NCBI GenBank assembly: GCA_951406725.2
Contig: OX597819.1
Coordinates: 9,672,001-9,736,000, forward strand
Length of the DNA: 64,000 nt
Reading direction: 5' to 3'
Source of the DNA: Octopus vulgaris
Lineage: Eukaryota
Below, piece after piece: positions 12,755-26,450 of the stretch (position 1 is the first letter of the stretch; every line of letters begins with the position of its first letter). A model generated the notes under the pieces. It saw only the letters and a program-made list of their open reading frames with translations. It was not told the DNA's origin and made no database searches. The position numbers and the translations under genes were made by a program.

Positions 12755-13770
12755 ATATGTCTATGTGTATGCATATGTATGTACGTTTGTATGTATGCAT
12801 GCGTGCATGCATGTATGTTTATATGTACGTGGCTATGCACGACGAATCGTTATTTGTTGCTGATGACACATAACCACGCAGAAATACATGTCACCTACCT
12901 TCCGATGTTTCCATTCATAGCCCATTGGTGGGGGGTTTTTTCGCATATATTTTCTGTTACGACGTTTTTTAGTGTTTTTTCTTCCTTCAAAATAACTCAA
13001 GCAGTGTAATTCTTTCCATGTCTGAATGAAGACAAACATGTTTAATATGATTGTGACATCTATATTTCAATTCAACTTTGGTTAGTGTGCCTCTAAGTAA
13101 TTAATTAATTGATTTTATAATTCTTTCATTTCCCCAATTAACTCGAAATACTGCGAGTAATTACATCTTATACTCCGACGTTGAGTTACACGTGACAAAC
13201 CTCCTATCGCTACATGTGTTAATGTGACGACAAGTCTACAAAACAAAGGAAATGATACGTAGTTGTTAGACAAGCTCAAAATAACAGCCTAATCTCTCTC
13301 AAATTCCGGTCTACCGTCTCGGAAAAACGGTTACATCGGACAATGTAATCCTCGATAGTCGTGTTAGCTATGACTGAAACGCCTTTAATTAAAGATCTAC
13401 CTATTGCATCGCAGCTGACCTGGATTTAAATCGCAACAATAAAAACGAAAACTAATGACATATTGTCTTTGCAAAAACACTTTCGGATAAGTGGATGGAA
13501 TATTATATTCCACATTTTATTAGTGCTACTTATGACATAATGGTTGAATAGGGACGTTGGATAAAATGCCTGGCAGTATTTTTTCTGGCTTCTCCAGCCA
13601 AAATTATTCCCAGCAAAATTTCTGGCCTTCTGCCCAAAATTTCTGGCCTTCTGCCCCCGTCTCTCACACCAAGAAGACATGAATTGATATTAACAGGTAT
13701 GTTATTGCCAGGTATATGTGTTACAAATGGATCCAAATACCCTGTCTTCAGGGACGTTATATCATACTAG

Positions 13771-14155
13771 TGGAGGCGCAATGGCCCAGTGGTTAGGGCA
13801 GCGGACACGCGGTCGTTGGATCGCGGTTTCGATTCCCAGACCGGGCGTTGTGAGTGTTTATTGAGCGAAAACACCTAAAAAGCTCCACGAGTCTCCGGCA
13901 TGGGGATGGTGGTGATCCCTGCTGTACTCTTTCACCACAACTTTCTCTCACTCTTACTTCCTGTTTCTGTTGTACCTGTATTCCAAGGGGCCGGCCTTGT
14001 CACTCTCTGTGTCACGCTGAATATCCCCGAGAACTACGTTAAGGGTGCACGTGTCTGTGAAGTGCTCAGCCACTTACACGTTAATTTCACGAGCAGGCTG
14101 TTCCGTTGATTCGGATCAACCGGAACCCTCGTCGTCGTAACCGACGGAGTGCTTC
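13771..14155 (+). mobile_element. SINE family A (tRNA-Arg-like head)
   Basis: A box TGGCCCAGTGG, B box GTTTCGATTCC; TSD tatatcatacta. Confidence 0.9.
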
Positions 14156-14239
14156 TATATATCATACTAATAATCCTTTCTAATTGTAATACAAGGCCAG
14201 CACTAATCAAACTAATAATTTTATCTACTCTAGGCACAG

Positions 14240-14647
14240 GGCCTTAAATTTGGAAGAGGGACCTGGTCGATTACATCCGTTCCACGGCTCAACTAATACT
14301 TATTTTATCAACTACTAAAAGGTTAAAAGGAAGAGTCGACTTCAGTAAAATTGGAAATAGTAACATAAAATGAATCAGAAGAAATGTCGCTAAACATTTT
14401 GTCTGGCATGCTGACGATTCCACCAGCTTACCGCCTTACTAATCATGCTAATAATTAGGAAATGATATGAGGCGGCGAGGGAAATGCTTAGCAGTAATTC
14501 GTCCGTCTGAGTTCAAATTCCGCCGAAGTCGACTTTGCCGTTCATCCTTTCAAGATCGATAAAATAAGTAGCAGTTGATTACAGAGGTCGATGTAATCGA
14601 CTTATCTCCTTCGCCGAAATTGTTGGCCTTGTGCCAAACTTTGGAAA
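14240..14647. mobile_element. Two SINE C copies head-to-head
   Basis: About 14240-14437 on minus and 14471-14647 on plus. Confidence 0.7.
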
Positions 14648-15181
14648 TGACTTAATAATTTGCAGCACTGACTCTTAAATCCTTCTACGTTTGTATTTTG
14701 AAAATTTGGCTTCGCCCAGGTGAACTTCATGAAGAAGTTTTTAACAATTCTCTAACGATGTAATACGCCATTGGACTCACTTAGTCGGTACTTCAGTGTT
14801 ACACACAAGCGGAAAGATTCGTCAAAACAAAATACAAACTTTCAAGAGCTACTTACACTGCACAAATTACATTTATCTTTAACTACTACCAGTTAACCTT
14901 GAACCAATTAGAGGCAGTCGGGCAACATATCTCTGTTTTGGCAGACGTATAATGAATCAGTTGTAAACATGTTGAACCTCAAAGTTGTAGGTGTGGAAAA
15001 TATACAACGCCAACAACTTTAATTGTAATGATAAAGTATGTTCACTGTTGATGTGTCAGGAGAGATTAGCTTTCTTAAAACAAGCGATTTCAAAAAAACT
15101 TTAATCAAGCAATCAGCTTCATAGTTCACATGGCTGTAAGCCTTATAAGCCACCGTTTTGGTTAATATTTCCATGTCATTG

Positions 15182-15570
15182 TGGAGGCGCAATGGCCCAG
15201 TGGTTAGGGCAGCGGACTGCTGTCATAGATCGCGGTTTCGATTCCCAGACCGGGCATTGTGAGTGTTTATTGAGCGAAAACACCTAAAGCTCCACGAGGC
15301 TCCGGCAGGGGGTGGTGGTGAACCCTGCTGTACTCTTTCACCACAACTTTCTCTCTCACTCTTACTTCTTGTTTCTGTTGTACCTGTATTTCAAAGGGCC
15401 GGCCTTGTCACTCTCTGTGTCACGCTGAATATCCCCGAGAACTACGTTAAGGGTGCACGTGTCTGTGGAGTGTTCAGCCACTTACACGTTAATTTCACGA
15501 GCAGGCTGTTCCGTTGATTCGGATCAACCGGAACCCTCGTCGTCGTAACCGACGGAGTGCTTCCATTCCA
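15182..15570 (+). mobile_element. SINE family A
   Basis: Full length; TSD tttccatgtcatt. Confidence 0.9.
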
Positions 15571-16621
15571 TTTCCATGTCATTAATACGAGTTGTTTTTG
15601 TTGTTGTTTTTGTTTACTATCAAATGAGGTCTGATCAACCAGAATTGACTACTCGTACTAAAAGAGCATTAGTAGCATCACTTGCTAGTTTACGGAGATG
15701 CTACTCTGAAAGTGGGAATTTCGAAACGGATTCGATCGCCGCAATATTGACTATGAAAAAGCTAAGATAGTTTTTGCCATATTACTGGTCGTGCTAGAAA
15801 CAGTAGCCAAAAGAAATCGCTCTTCCCACTTAGGGGAATTTGAAGTAACCCAAGAAATACATTGATGTGTTGTTCCAGTTTCGTGGAAACTTCTATTTTT
15901 GCGAGGCAGACTTCAATCTTCCCTGAGTGATTTGGAGAATCTGATGAGTGATATGTAGTACGTATGATAAATTCCAATTGTCTTATGTGTACAATTTGAG
16001 TGCCACTTACAAATTTGAATATGACAGCAGAACCTGGGGCGTTAAGTCCTCACGGATACATACTATAATTCCACCGTGGTTGCTTTATTTTCTGTTCGTT
16101 CGTAATGGAACATACTTCGGTATGTGTACGTCAGCATACCCTATAGTAGGTTTAAGATTCATTTCCATAACTGCTATGTATGCAGCTTGGTTGCATGTAG
16201 TGGGGCCTCATAGGAAAGAGATTTTTGTTTTGTTGCTGAGGTGCAATAGAAATATTAGTGTACTGGAGTTAGTGGTGGCCATCCTGTAGAGACCTCGTAA
16301 TGTGGTGTGTGTGGTTCCAAGCCTGAGCCTGTGCTTGACGTAACCAGGTGAGCTGCTGCGCAATCTTTCGTGCCATGTACCAACAAGGTTTTTGTTCAGC
16401 TCCTATCTTTTTCATTCATATGTGACACTAGTTGTTTGAAATAGCGAATCCTATGTCTGTATATCGTCGTTTAAGAGCCGACAGTGTGCGATTTCCTCTT
16501 CTTTGGTACCTTTCTTTTGTGGAGCGATAGTCAATAAAATAAAAATGAAATTCGAACATGATGTCTTGCAAACAACTTGCACATGCAAGTGCTACCAGTT
16601 AAAAGCTCCGTATACCGGAAG

Positions 16622-16830
16622 CTAGCAAGTGTATGGGGTCATCAGGAGAGAATGCGCGCCGTTTCGGGGCCTACCTCTCGACGGCATCAATGCGCACCCC
16701 CTCACTGATATGAGGCCCCGCTTGCTAGATCAGCTGGTTATGAAGAACTCAATATACTTCTAGCCATCGCTCATCGTCTCTTTTTAACCAAATCCAGTGG
16801 CTAGCCTTCTCCACTGTAGATTTCTGTGCG
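16622..16830 (-). mobile_element. HERO-like (RLE) non-LTR element 3' end with hairpin UTR
   Basis: Minus strand STVEKASHWIWLKRDDERWLEVY* resembles the HERO C-terminal AERASxWLWLKR motif; followed by a long hairpin. Confidence 0.5.
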
Positions 16831-17260
16831 GCCCGTTATCAAATGATCCTAACCCCGGCACAGGTCCGCAACAAATGATTTGACGGCGTATGGAATACAT
16901 ACTGTAGAGCAAGCTTACTAAGATCTCAAAGTTATTTCTTTTTAATTGTTCTGGTTAGTTAACACATAAATCTATGGTTGAATGGCCATGGCAATGCTTC
17001 AGACTAAAATTGACGCAATAACAAAGATTATGCCTGCATGTTAGGAGGCTTAATTTCATTTCGATTATATATTATATGGTTACCCGCTTGCAGTTGATGG
17101 AGATTACCTTTAAATTCGTTTCTCCATCCCCCTCACTTTCTTCTTCCGCCTTTCTCTCTTTCTCTCTCTCTCTCTCTCTTTCTCTTCCTCTCTCTGTTCT
17201 ATATGTGTGTATATACAGACACATAAAAGTACATGTATATATAAAGTATATATTGTATAC

Positions 17261-17332
<72 letters not shown>

Positions 17333-17541
17333 GTATGTATGTATATATTCTTTCAATTGTTTCAGCTATTTGACTGTGGCCATGCTGGAGCACCGCATTT
17401 AGTCGAACCTATCGCCCCTAGGACTTATTCTTTGTAAGCCTAGTACTTATTCTATCCGCTTAGTTACGGAGACTTAAACACACCAACGTCGGTTGTTAAG
17501 CTACGGTGGAGGTACAAACACAGACATACAAGCATATACAT

Positions 17542-17587
<46 letters not shown>

Positions 17588-17670
17588 TTATTTATTTTAT
17601 AGAATTAATTTACTCTGCTATGTATTGAGTACCTTATTTACTGTGGTTAACCCCGACTCAACCCGGGACC

Positions 17671-17716
<46 letters not shown>

Positions 17717-18147
17717 ACATATGTTCTAATTATAAACAGGGCAAATTTTAGCCAATTCTCCGTAAACTTTAATCGATTTTCGAACCTCTGACACCCTCCA
17801 AAGAAAGAATCCTGTATGTGTGTGTATGTGTATGTCTGTGCGTGCGCGTTATTCACATTCTGACGGTAATACCCACATCAATGACTATGAAGTGACAGCA
17901 ATATACACCAACATCCCTCCATCTTCAGAAAACGTTATGAAGAAAGAAATCTTGATAAAAAAAGATAAAACGAGAACAAAGTCGTGTTTTCAATACATAT
18001 TCAAAAGAAGAGCTATTCCTAACATATTCATACATAACCCCGCCCTCCCCCCCCCCACACACACATACTACACACATACCACGGCTTCCAAATTTCACTC
18101 ACGATCTACAGACAATCCGAGGCTACGATAACAAGCCCTTGTCCTAG

Positions 18148-18600
18148 GTAATAATAATAATGATAATGTTCGTCCTTCGGGTTCGAAGATGACCATTGAC
18201 ATCATTTCGTGGAATTGCTGCTATGAGACCGGAGGTGACTGGTGAGGCCAATCCGGACAAGAAAGCCCCTCCCACAGGTGGAGCAGATGTGGGTAGGGGC
18301 TGTGCTATTGGTGCAGGTGGCTCTGACTTTCCGCATCTGGCGTTTCTGTTCTGCTGACTGAATCCGTCTCTCCTCGGCTGTCTTTGCTCCTGTGGTGATT
18401 GCGCTACGCCAGGATAAGCGGTCGGCAGCAAGTGTCTCCCAAGTCTCTGTGCCGATGGAGAAGTCCTTGAGAGAGACTTTGTCCTAGGTACTGTGCAGTG
18501 GGATCCCGAAGAACACTTTTTAACTTTACAAACATGATTAATGCTGTTTGGAAGGGCATTAATGTCACAAAAACCAATCTCCCATCCTGTAAATTCAACA
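18148..18600 (-). mobile_element. RTE-clade LINE 3' fragment
   Basis: Minus strand THICSTCGRGFLVRIGLTSHLR (C-terminal C2H2 finger); short UTR ggtcatcttcgaacccgaaggacg and (ATT)n tail. Confidence 0.8.
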
Positions 18601-19603
18601 CCTTGTACTACTCATTAATTAATACTTCGTAGGTTATAACAGGCCAAGTTAGTGTCATTTGTGCGTAGAAGTCAATTGTTTGAGCATGGTATTCCATAGG
18701 TTCTTGCGGTTTTGTTTTATAAACATAGAAACAATTTAACATTTACAACCATAGAAACAAAACACCATTCATAACATTCTAAACAAAACATTAATCTTTG
18801 TGCTAAACTGTTTATGTTTCGAATTACATTATTAGAAGGCTGTGAGCTGGCAGAACTGTTAGCACGCTGGCCAAAATGCATTTCGTCCGTCTTTACGTTC
18901 TGAGTTCAAATTCCGGTAAGGTCGACATTGCCTTTCAATTTTTCGAGGTCGGTGTTATTAGATGCACACACACACACACACCAACCATACACCTCAAAAG
19001 CTGCTGGCTCTCTACTAAAATTTGAAACCATCATCAGAATTCTTTATTGGCCCGCGAGGCTGGCAATATCTTTTGATTACCGGAAAGAACGGTATTTGTT
19101 CCAGATCTTTGCATTCTGGATTCAGATTGCACCGAGGTCAGCATTGTCTTTCATACCTTCGAGGTCGATAAAATTTCCAGTGAACTACTATCGATGGTAT
19201 CGACTAATCCTCTCCTCTCAGAATTGCTGTCCTCGTCCCTAAATTAAAAACAATTATTAGAATATTTTTTTAATCATCGGAGCATAGAACCGGGTACCAT
19301 GCAATAGTTGAGCCGGCTCCTTGAGTTCGAGTACTGCCGAGATCAGAATTTGCTTTTCATCTTTTCGTATTTATTCCATCCCTTGCATTCTAATTCAAAT
19401 CCTGTCATAACCTAATAGGATGTCGATTTAATCTGACGTCCGCTTTAACACCGGTTGCTTAGGTAACACTGTCGCCTACCCTCTGTTGCAAATATTTGGG
19501 TCAGGTCTTCTAGATGAAGATTCCTTCCTCCCACCAGACTTGGAGGTACAGAAAGAATGGTTTTGGTAGACGGAAACTGAAAGAAGTCCTCTGTATGTAT
19601 ATA

Positions 19604-20000
19604 ACTTTATATATAAAAGTGAGGTTGTGTGCTGTCTGTCTCCTACGATTTAGATTCCTAACTACTCCCACATTTTGTGGTGCAGTTTAACCAAAACCGG
19701 GTATCTTATAGTCGTGATTCATATCGAGCCCTTCTGGGTATTAGCGCGCGTCTCCGATGAGTCGACGATTAAAAAAAAATTTACCATCAATTTTTCCCAT
19801 TTTTAATGCATTTTTGGCATATATAAGGGAAGTAACTCTCTAAAAATTTATTATTAAATCTCAGAACGTAAAAAGCTACAGTAACACCCCCCCCCTTCGC
19901 GGTTAGCCATATTGAGATGGCTATTATATTTTACATCTCTAAAAATGCTTATATAGTTATTTCCCTTACAAACCCGAGCAACGCCTGGCGATACTGCTAG
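19604..20000 (+). mobile_element. Non-autonomous Helitron (subtype with alternative internal segment)
   Basis: Same family; CTAG|T end and hairpin. Confidence 0.85.
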
Positions 20001-20011
20001 TGATTAATAAA

Positions 20012-20093
20012 CTGCGATGGGTGAACCGCGATAGGTGAACCGCGATATGTGAAACGCGATAGGTGAAACGCGATATGGTGAGGAATTACTGTA
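20012..20093. repeat. 14-bp minisatellite running into a Tigger/pogo-like TIR
   Basis: About five cgcgataggtgaa(c/a) units, then gcgatatggtgaggaattactg|ta. Confidence 0.6.
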
Positions 20094-20577
20094 TTATGTT
20101 TTTCTAGTGTCTTCCGTTTACATTCAAAACTAAAACTTCGTAATCTACCATTAATTTATAATTTCATGTTATATTACAAAATGCTTTGTTGATAGTTGCA
20201 ATCCCAAATAAACAATTGTATTTACAAATTCAATGTCGTTCACGCAATCGAATAATTTGTGCAAATGAAATGCAGAAATGCCATTGCTGCAAATTAGTAT
20301 GACTATCTCGTTCGGTGAATCTCTTGTTTTGACCTAGTTTCATTCGGATATTTCTAATAAGTTTTCACACTCCATTCTCGCAATTTCAAATTTTAAGGGA
20401 TGGATTGTATTTCTTTAATTTTTCATCTTCCTTCTTTACAATCCTGGAATCAAACGGACATGATGGATCAATTAGTAAGCAACTTTGCTTCTCCTTGTTA
20501 TGCCTGGTTTATTATTTTCGCTTGATTAGGGAAATCCCACAAAATGTTGCATTTCTCCGACTCTTTCAACCCGATGG

Positions 20578-20611
<34 letters not shown>

Positions 20612-20689
20612 TACTATATGAAAACTCACATCTTATATTGCTGGGTATGATGGGAAGTGTCAGCTATCCACAGCCAGTAGACTAAGGTG

Positions 20690-22345
20690 ACACTTGTTTA
20701 CTGGTCACCTTTCAAGAATTCTGCGAAGAATTCTTGCAGTTCCCAGCAATGCTGATTTTTGTTGGTATTCTACCTTTCACCCTTGCACCAATCTTTTTCA
20801 CCCATAATGGTAGTTGAGTGCACCAATTACTTCTGAGTGCACCAATTACTATCTCCAATTGGTATCACGTCTACTGTCTTCATTGACCACAACCTTCGTA
20901 TTTCCCACTTCAAATCGTCATAGTCATTCATTTTTTTCTTCTTCTTTCACCTTGATCCTGGTGTCGTCGATTGTCATACATGTTCCTTCTTTTTTATTCA
21001 CCCACAACAATGTCCGGTTTCCGATGTTTGGTCAGGTGATCGCACTGAATCATTGCATCCCACGGGATTTTGCAATTCTCATTTTCAGTGACTCCTGGAA
21101 TTTTCTCATACCACGCTTTTGCTCTATGTAGGCCGAGGTTTCCATAGAGCTCTCAATGGATCATTCCTGCAACATTGTCCTAGCATCTTTTGTATTCATG
21201 TTGTGCCAATTTCAGGCATTCGCTAACGATGTGCCATACCGTTTCACCCCTCTCACCACACATTCTGCATTTGTTGCTATTGGTAGTGTTGTCTATTCTG
21301 CACTTCATATAGCTGGTCCTTAACTCTTGATCCTGAGCTGCGCATATGAGTTCTTCTGTCTCTATCTTCAGGTCAATCCTCCTCATCCATAGCCACCGGC
21401 GTTCACAACTCTTGCATTTCCTTCCATGCTTTTTCTTTTTTCTTTTTTCTTTTTTATCTTTTTATCTTTTATCTTTTACTTGTTTCAGTCATTTGACTGT
21501 GACCATGCTGGAGCACCGCCTTTAGTCAACCAAATCGACCCCGGGACTTATTCTTTGTAAGCCCAGTACTTATTCTATCATACTCTTTCGCCGAACCGCT
21601 AAGTGACGGGGACATAAACACACCAGCATCGGTTGTCAAGCGATGCTAGAGGGACAAACACAGACACACAAACACAGACTCACAAACACAGACACACAAA
21701 CAAGGCTTTGGTCGGCTCGAGGCTATAGTAGAAGACACCTGCCCAAGGTGCCACTCAGTGGGACTGAACCCGGAACCATGTGGTTGGTAAGCAAGCTACT
21801 TACTACACAGCCACTCCTTCGTTCATTTCTGGCCTAAATTTTTCTTTAGTTACACAATTTTCAGTGTTGATGACGCCGACCTTCTTCAACAGTGACTCCA
21901 TGGCATGTTTTATATACCACCCTAGGCTGTTTTTCTCTGCTGTAATACAGTCTTGGCAACTGATTAAATCTCTCACACACCCTTTCTTCTGGACAGGTAG
22001 AGCCTATTGGTGTCACTCTTAAGGTGAAAGGTTCCGTGTACTGTCAACATTTTTCTGGTCTTGGTATCCATTTTCTTCACTTCTCTCTTTTGCCATCTTA
22101 TAATCCCCGCTTCATACTGAAGTGATGCTATTACCCATGCATTAACTGCTTGGATTTTATTCCATCCAGTCAATTTTGAGAGCAACACTAACCACAGTCT
22201 TCGGAAATATTCCATTCTCAGTTGCTCTTCCATTTCTTTTTCCATTACCTCTAGTATACCAATGTATTTGCATCCTTCCGTTTCAATTTGTTTGATCAGG
22301 TCTCTGTTCGGTAATTCTATCCCTACAAGGAACTGTACCTTTTGT
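20690..22345 (-). mobile_element. Decayed R4/Dong-clade LINE (RT C-terminus, CCHC, RLE), split by a SINE
   Basis: CKYIGILE...EYFRRL...SKLTGWNKIQAVNAW; ETEELICAAQDQ...CRMCGERGETVWHIVSECLKLAQHEYKR. Confidence 0.85.
21463..21817 (-). mobile_element. SINE family B inserted in the R4 LINE
   Basis: Family match with an internal deletion. Confidence 0.85.
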
Positions 22346-22668
22346 GTAAAAATAAAGATTATTATAAAGAAAGAAATCACATAAACCAAGATATTCTTCA
22401 AAACTACATTCAACAATATTTTGAGCTACGCCCATACTTTTGGGAAAGAACCATCCAGGTAGAGCACCCCCACATCCTTGTATGTTTGTCACTGTCTATA
22501 CTGGGATTTTGTGCACCCAGAAGTCTCCGTTACGTTACTTTGCATAGAATGAAACAATAAACATCCCACGCCTTCTGGATACTCCTACTTTAGATATTGA
22601 TAATATTCTGGTGTTATTCTATCAAAATTCTGTCACAGACATTTCTCCTGCATTTATACCCTATTTCA

Positions 22669-23057
22669 TCTTTATATATAAAAGAAAGGTTGTGTGTCTG
22701 TCTCCTACGATTTAGATTCCTAACTACTCCCACATTTTGCGATGCAGTTTAACCAAAACCGGGTATCTTATAGTCGTGATTCATATCGAGCCCTTCTGGG
22801 TATTAGCGCGCGTCTACGATGAGTCTACGATTTTAAAAATAATTTACCATAATTTTTTTTCCATTTTAATGCATATTTTTTTAATAAAGGGAAGTAACTC
22901 TCTAAAAATGTCTACGATGAGTCAACGATTTAAAAAAATTACCATCATTTTTTTTCCATTTTTAATGCATTTTTTGCTATTTTTTGGCTATAACTCTCTA
23001 AAAATGCCTTATAGTTATTTCCCTTACAAACCTAGCAACGCCGGGCGATACTGCTAG
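22669..23057 (+). mobile_element. Non-autonomous Helitron
   Basis: A|TC...CTAG|T with hairpin. Confidence 0.85.
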
Positions 23058-23099
23058 TTTTTAATAAATTATTACAGCGATGCTCTAATTTTTGCACCG

Positions 23100-24700
23100 A
23101 GTATGCTTAAATTTATTCACGAAGCGCTGGTTCGTACTTCGAATGACCTTGAATTTCATGTTATCATCGTTCACACCGTCTCCCTGTGTGTTCCACATTT
23201 TTAAATTGAACTCACCCTTCCTTTTCCAATGAGTTCTCTTATTCCTTCTTCCCCGTAATTTTCCGACTTCCGTTCTATCCCCATAGTCACAAGATTATGG
23301 CGTAATACTTGTAATTGAGAAAGGACACCCACTCGTTAGTTTCTGGAACCGAGAACGAGAAGTGTTCTGTTGTTGCTATTCATCATTCGCTTCTCTGTTT
23401 CCATCTCACTGCTACTGTTGGTATGTGGAGGCGCAATGGCCCAGTGGTTAGGGCAGCGGACTCGCGGTCATAGGATCGCGGTTTCGATTCCCAGACCGGG
23501 CGTTGTGAGTGTTTATTGAGCGAAAACACCTAAAGCTCCACGAGGCTCCGGCAGGGGATGGTGGTGATCCCTGCTGTACTCTTTTACCACAACTTTCTCT
23601 CACTCTTACTTCCTGTTTCTGTTGTACCTGTATTTCAAAGGGCCGGCCTTGTCACTCTCTGTGTCACGCTGAATATCCCCGAGAACTACATTAAGGGTAC
23701 ACGTGTCTGTGGAGTGCTCAGCCACTTACACGTTAATTTCACGAGCAGGCTGTTCCGTTGATTCGGATCAACCGGAACCCTCATCGTCGTAACCGACGAA
23801 ATGCTTCCACTGTTGGCATGGACAGAGTAAATGGTTATTCGAGCTCCTGGCCGTGAGGAAAACATTGTTCTTTTCAGTCACCTTCAGAGTTTCGACTGAC
23901 GGTGCTTTCAGAACAGCAACATTTTCTTCGGCTTATTGTCGTTGTCCCAACTGCTACATCTCTTCTTTCGTTTTTGTTGTTTCTACGCTTAGGAAGCCTT
24001 CAAATGATTTTTGCTACCACACGTCTAGCAACTACGCTTCATGCCTCATTACCCATCCTTCCGCATCCAGGACTAGGAACGGTTCTGGAATAGACTTGTC
24101 TTCAGGGGGTTATGGGTTTCTATGTCAATTAAGATCCCACCCAATCACACGTCATTCTTGGTGACATTCACTTATCTACAATGTGCTACGATACTCCAAG
24201 GGTCAATCTCATGATCAATATCCTTGACACTAACCCTAATCTTTCTCCGCCCCAAATACTAGGCACAAGTGCGCATGTACGCATACCATTGATACATTTA
24301 TTAGCTTACTTCATCGTCATTCAAGAAAACTACACATGTAGACCTATACACTTTATCTCGACCAATCTAGGTAATTTAGGTAACACATCGGCCAGCGCTC
24401 CATGACAGGAATGATCCGATATGTTTCTGTGAACTTCAAGATGTGAAACCCCAACCGTGCCATTCGTGGCCACTTAGGCACTTTCTACCTGCCCAGGAGT
24501 GTGACAACGATATTTTTTAGTGTAACCTTTGTATTTTGTCGAGTTCATGTATCACACCGGTCCTGCAGTATCAACGGGATACTCGGCCGGCCTCTTCATT
24601 CCGTCATCAGTTTGAAAAATCAAGCACCTGGTTCAGAAACTTTTTCCTAGACTTTGGCCGAAATATGGCCACTTACACTGAACAGGGTTACCTTTAAGCT
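23100..24700 (-). mobile_element. Possible decayed retroelement ORF1-like region
   Basis: Higher-complexity, purine-biased minus strand with broken frames; no clean motif. Confidence 0.25.
23426..23808 (+). mobile_element. SINE family A
   Basis: Full length; TSD actgttggYatg. Confidence 0.9.
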
Positions 24701-24992
24701 TTGCACTAAGTGGTGGGTAGAGTAGCGCAGTAGTTGAGGAAACATATTCCACTTTTAGTAAAACATCATAAAAAAATTAACTTGATTAAAAAAAGTCCTA
24801 CAAAGATATACTTTTCTTCATAGTTACAAAATTTTGCCAAGTAGATGTAGTTTCAGTCAATCTATTCGTTTTCAAAATTTGTTAGCTATGAAGGTAAATG
24901 TAGAAATTTTATTCTGGTTCTGTTTTTTTTTTTTTTTTTCATTCGCAAGTGTTTGTGTGTATATGTGTATTGTTGCTATTATTGCTGCATGA

Positions 24993-25223
24993 GGCGGCGA
25001 GCTGGCAGAATCGTTAGCACGCCGGGCGAAATGCGTAGCTGTATTTCGTCTGCCGTTACGTTGTGAGTTCAAATTCCGCCGAGGTCGACTTTGCCTTTTA
25101 TCCTTTCGGGGTCGATTAAATAAGTACCAGTTACCTCACTTGGGTTGATATAATCGACTTAATCTGTTTCTCTGTCCTTGTTTGTCCCCTCTATGTTTAG
25201 CCCCTTGTGGGTAGTAAAGAAAT
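24993..25223 (+). mobile_element. SINE family C
   Basis: Full-length family match. Confidence 0.85.
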
Positions 25224-25700
25224 ATATTATTGCTGTTCTTGTATACCAGATTTTTATGAATGTTTAGTACAATGTTAGCGTTTTTTCTTTCTATCAAACA
25301 AAATAATAAACTTTTTCTACTTCAAAAATGCTTACATTTTGCTATGTGATAAAATCAGCTTTATATTTTCATCTCTCTATACTGTTGTATTCAGCCGGGA
25401 TTTTTAGTAGGCGTTATTTCTTTTGTTAATGGCAGCCATTTTTACGTTGGATATAAACACACGTTCGCAAACAAACAAAGAAACAAACAAACAAGCAAAC
25501 AATAATGTTTGATATGTCTGACAATGACCGGACTTCATTCTTTCGCCGTATGAAGAAATATCCACATTTTCCCAATGTGTTCTCTGAAGGAGTTATTTAA
25601 TGAGAAATGTTTTTCCTTTCAGTAACGCTTGTTGAGAAACGAAAACCTACGGAGCGATTAGTCGCACATTATTATATCAATAATAATAATAATAATAATA

Positions 25701-25751
<51 letters not shown>

Positions 25752-25752
25752 C

Positions 25753-26302
25753 TGATACAATACCAGGCAGTGGCTCTCATGGCTTCTGATCTTAACTGAT
25801 TGGAAGTGTTATCATGTTCATTGTTTTGTCTTGGTATAAAAGATGGGCTACAGCAAATATTCTGCTCAATACCACAGATTTGTTTGTCAGCTGTTTGACC
25901 TTAACCAGTTGAGCATGTCCCTTAGTGGCTGACGATATGTGCATCTCGGATCACGAGCAGAAGTAGTGGGGGAGCATCATAGCCATGTGTTGAGAGGGAT
26001 TCTTTGGGGTTTGAATAATTCACCTCTGGAAAAATGGGTGGTTCTTTCAACATCCTTAAACAACCCTTATTCAGGGACCTTTTGAGCAGGATGGGCTACT
26101 CAACCTGAAGAAAATTCTAATTGGGCCCCACCTGCAAGGTCATGTGCTGTTTATCTTGATATGAGATCACCATGTCGCGCACATATGGTTGTGATGCATG
26201 TGCCTGGTGTACCCTTATCAGACGGGTAGTCATGATGGGTATATTGGGCTTCGTATATTTTAACCCAGTGTCACTTTGATGGCATGAACTGTTCTCTCAC
26301 TC
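25753..26302 (+). mobile_element. (TAA)n-embedded repeat, second copy
   Basis: Homologous to 101-610, with the same terminus ctctcactc followed by (AAT)n. Confidence 0.7.
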
Positions 26303-26320
26303 AATAATAATAATAATAAT

Positions 26321-26362
<42 letters not shown>

Positions 26363-26419
26363 AATAATAATAATAACAATAATAATAATAATAAATAAAT
26401 AAATAAATAAATAGATAAG

Positions 26420-26450
<31 letters not shown>

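Noticed and set aside
13771-13846. tRNA-Arg-like sequences
   Set aside because: They are SINE heads attached to body and tail with TSDs, and lack a proper acceptor stem
13900-14109. Recurrent ORFs such as MVVIPAVLFHHNF... and MLGGQTQTHK...
   Set aside because: They recur only because they lie within SINE copies
16622-16728. SECIS element or type II hammerhead
   Set aside because: No properly spaced AUGA/AAA/GA quartet, and the putative stem II halves (cccc/cccc) cannot pair
20012-20080. CRISPR-like regular repeats (also 10546-10810)
   Set aside because: No unique spacers, eukaryotic context and no cas genes
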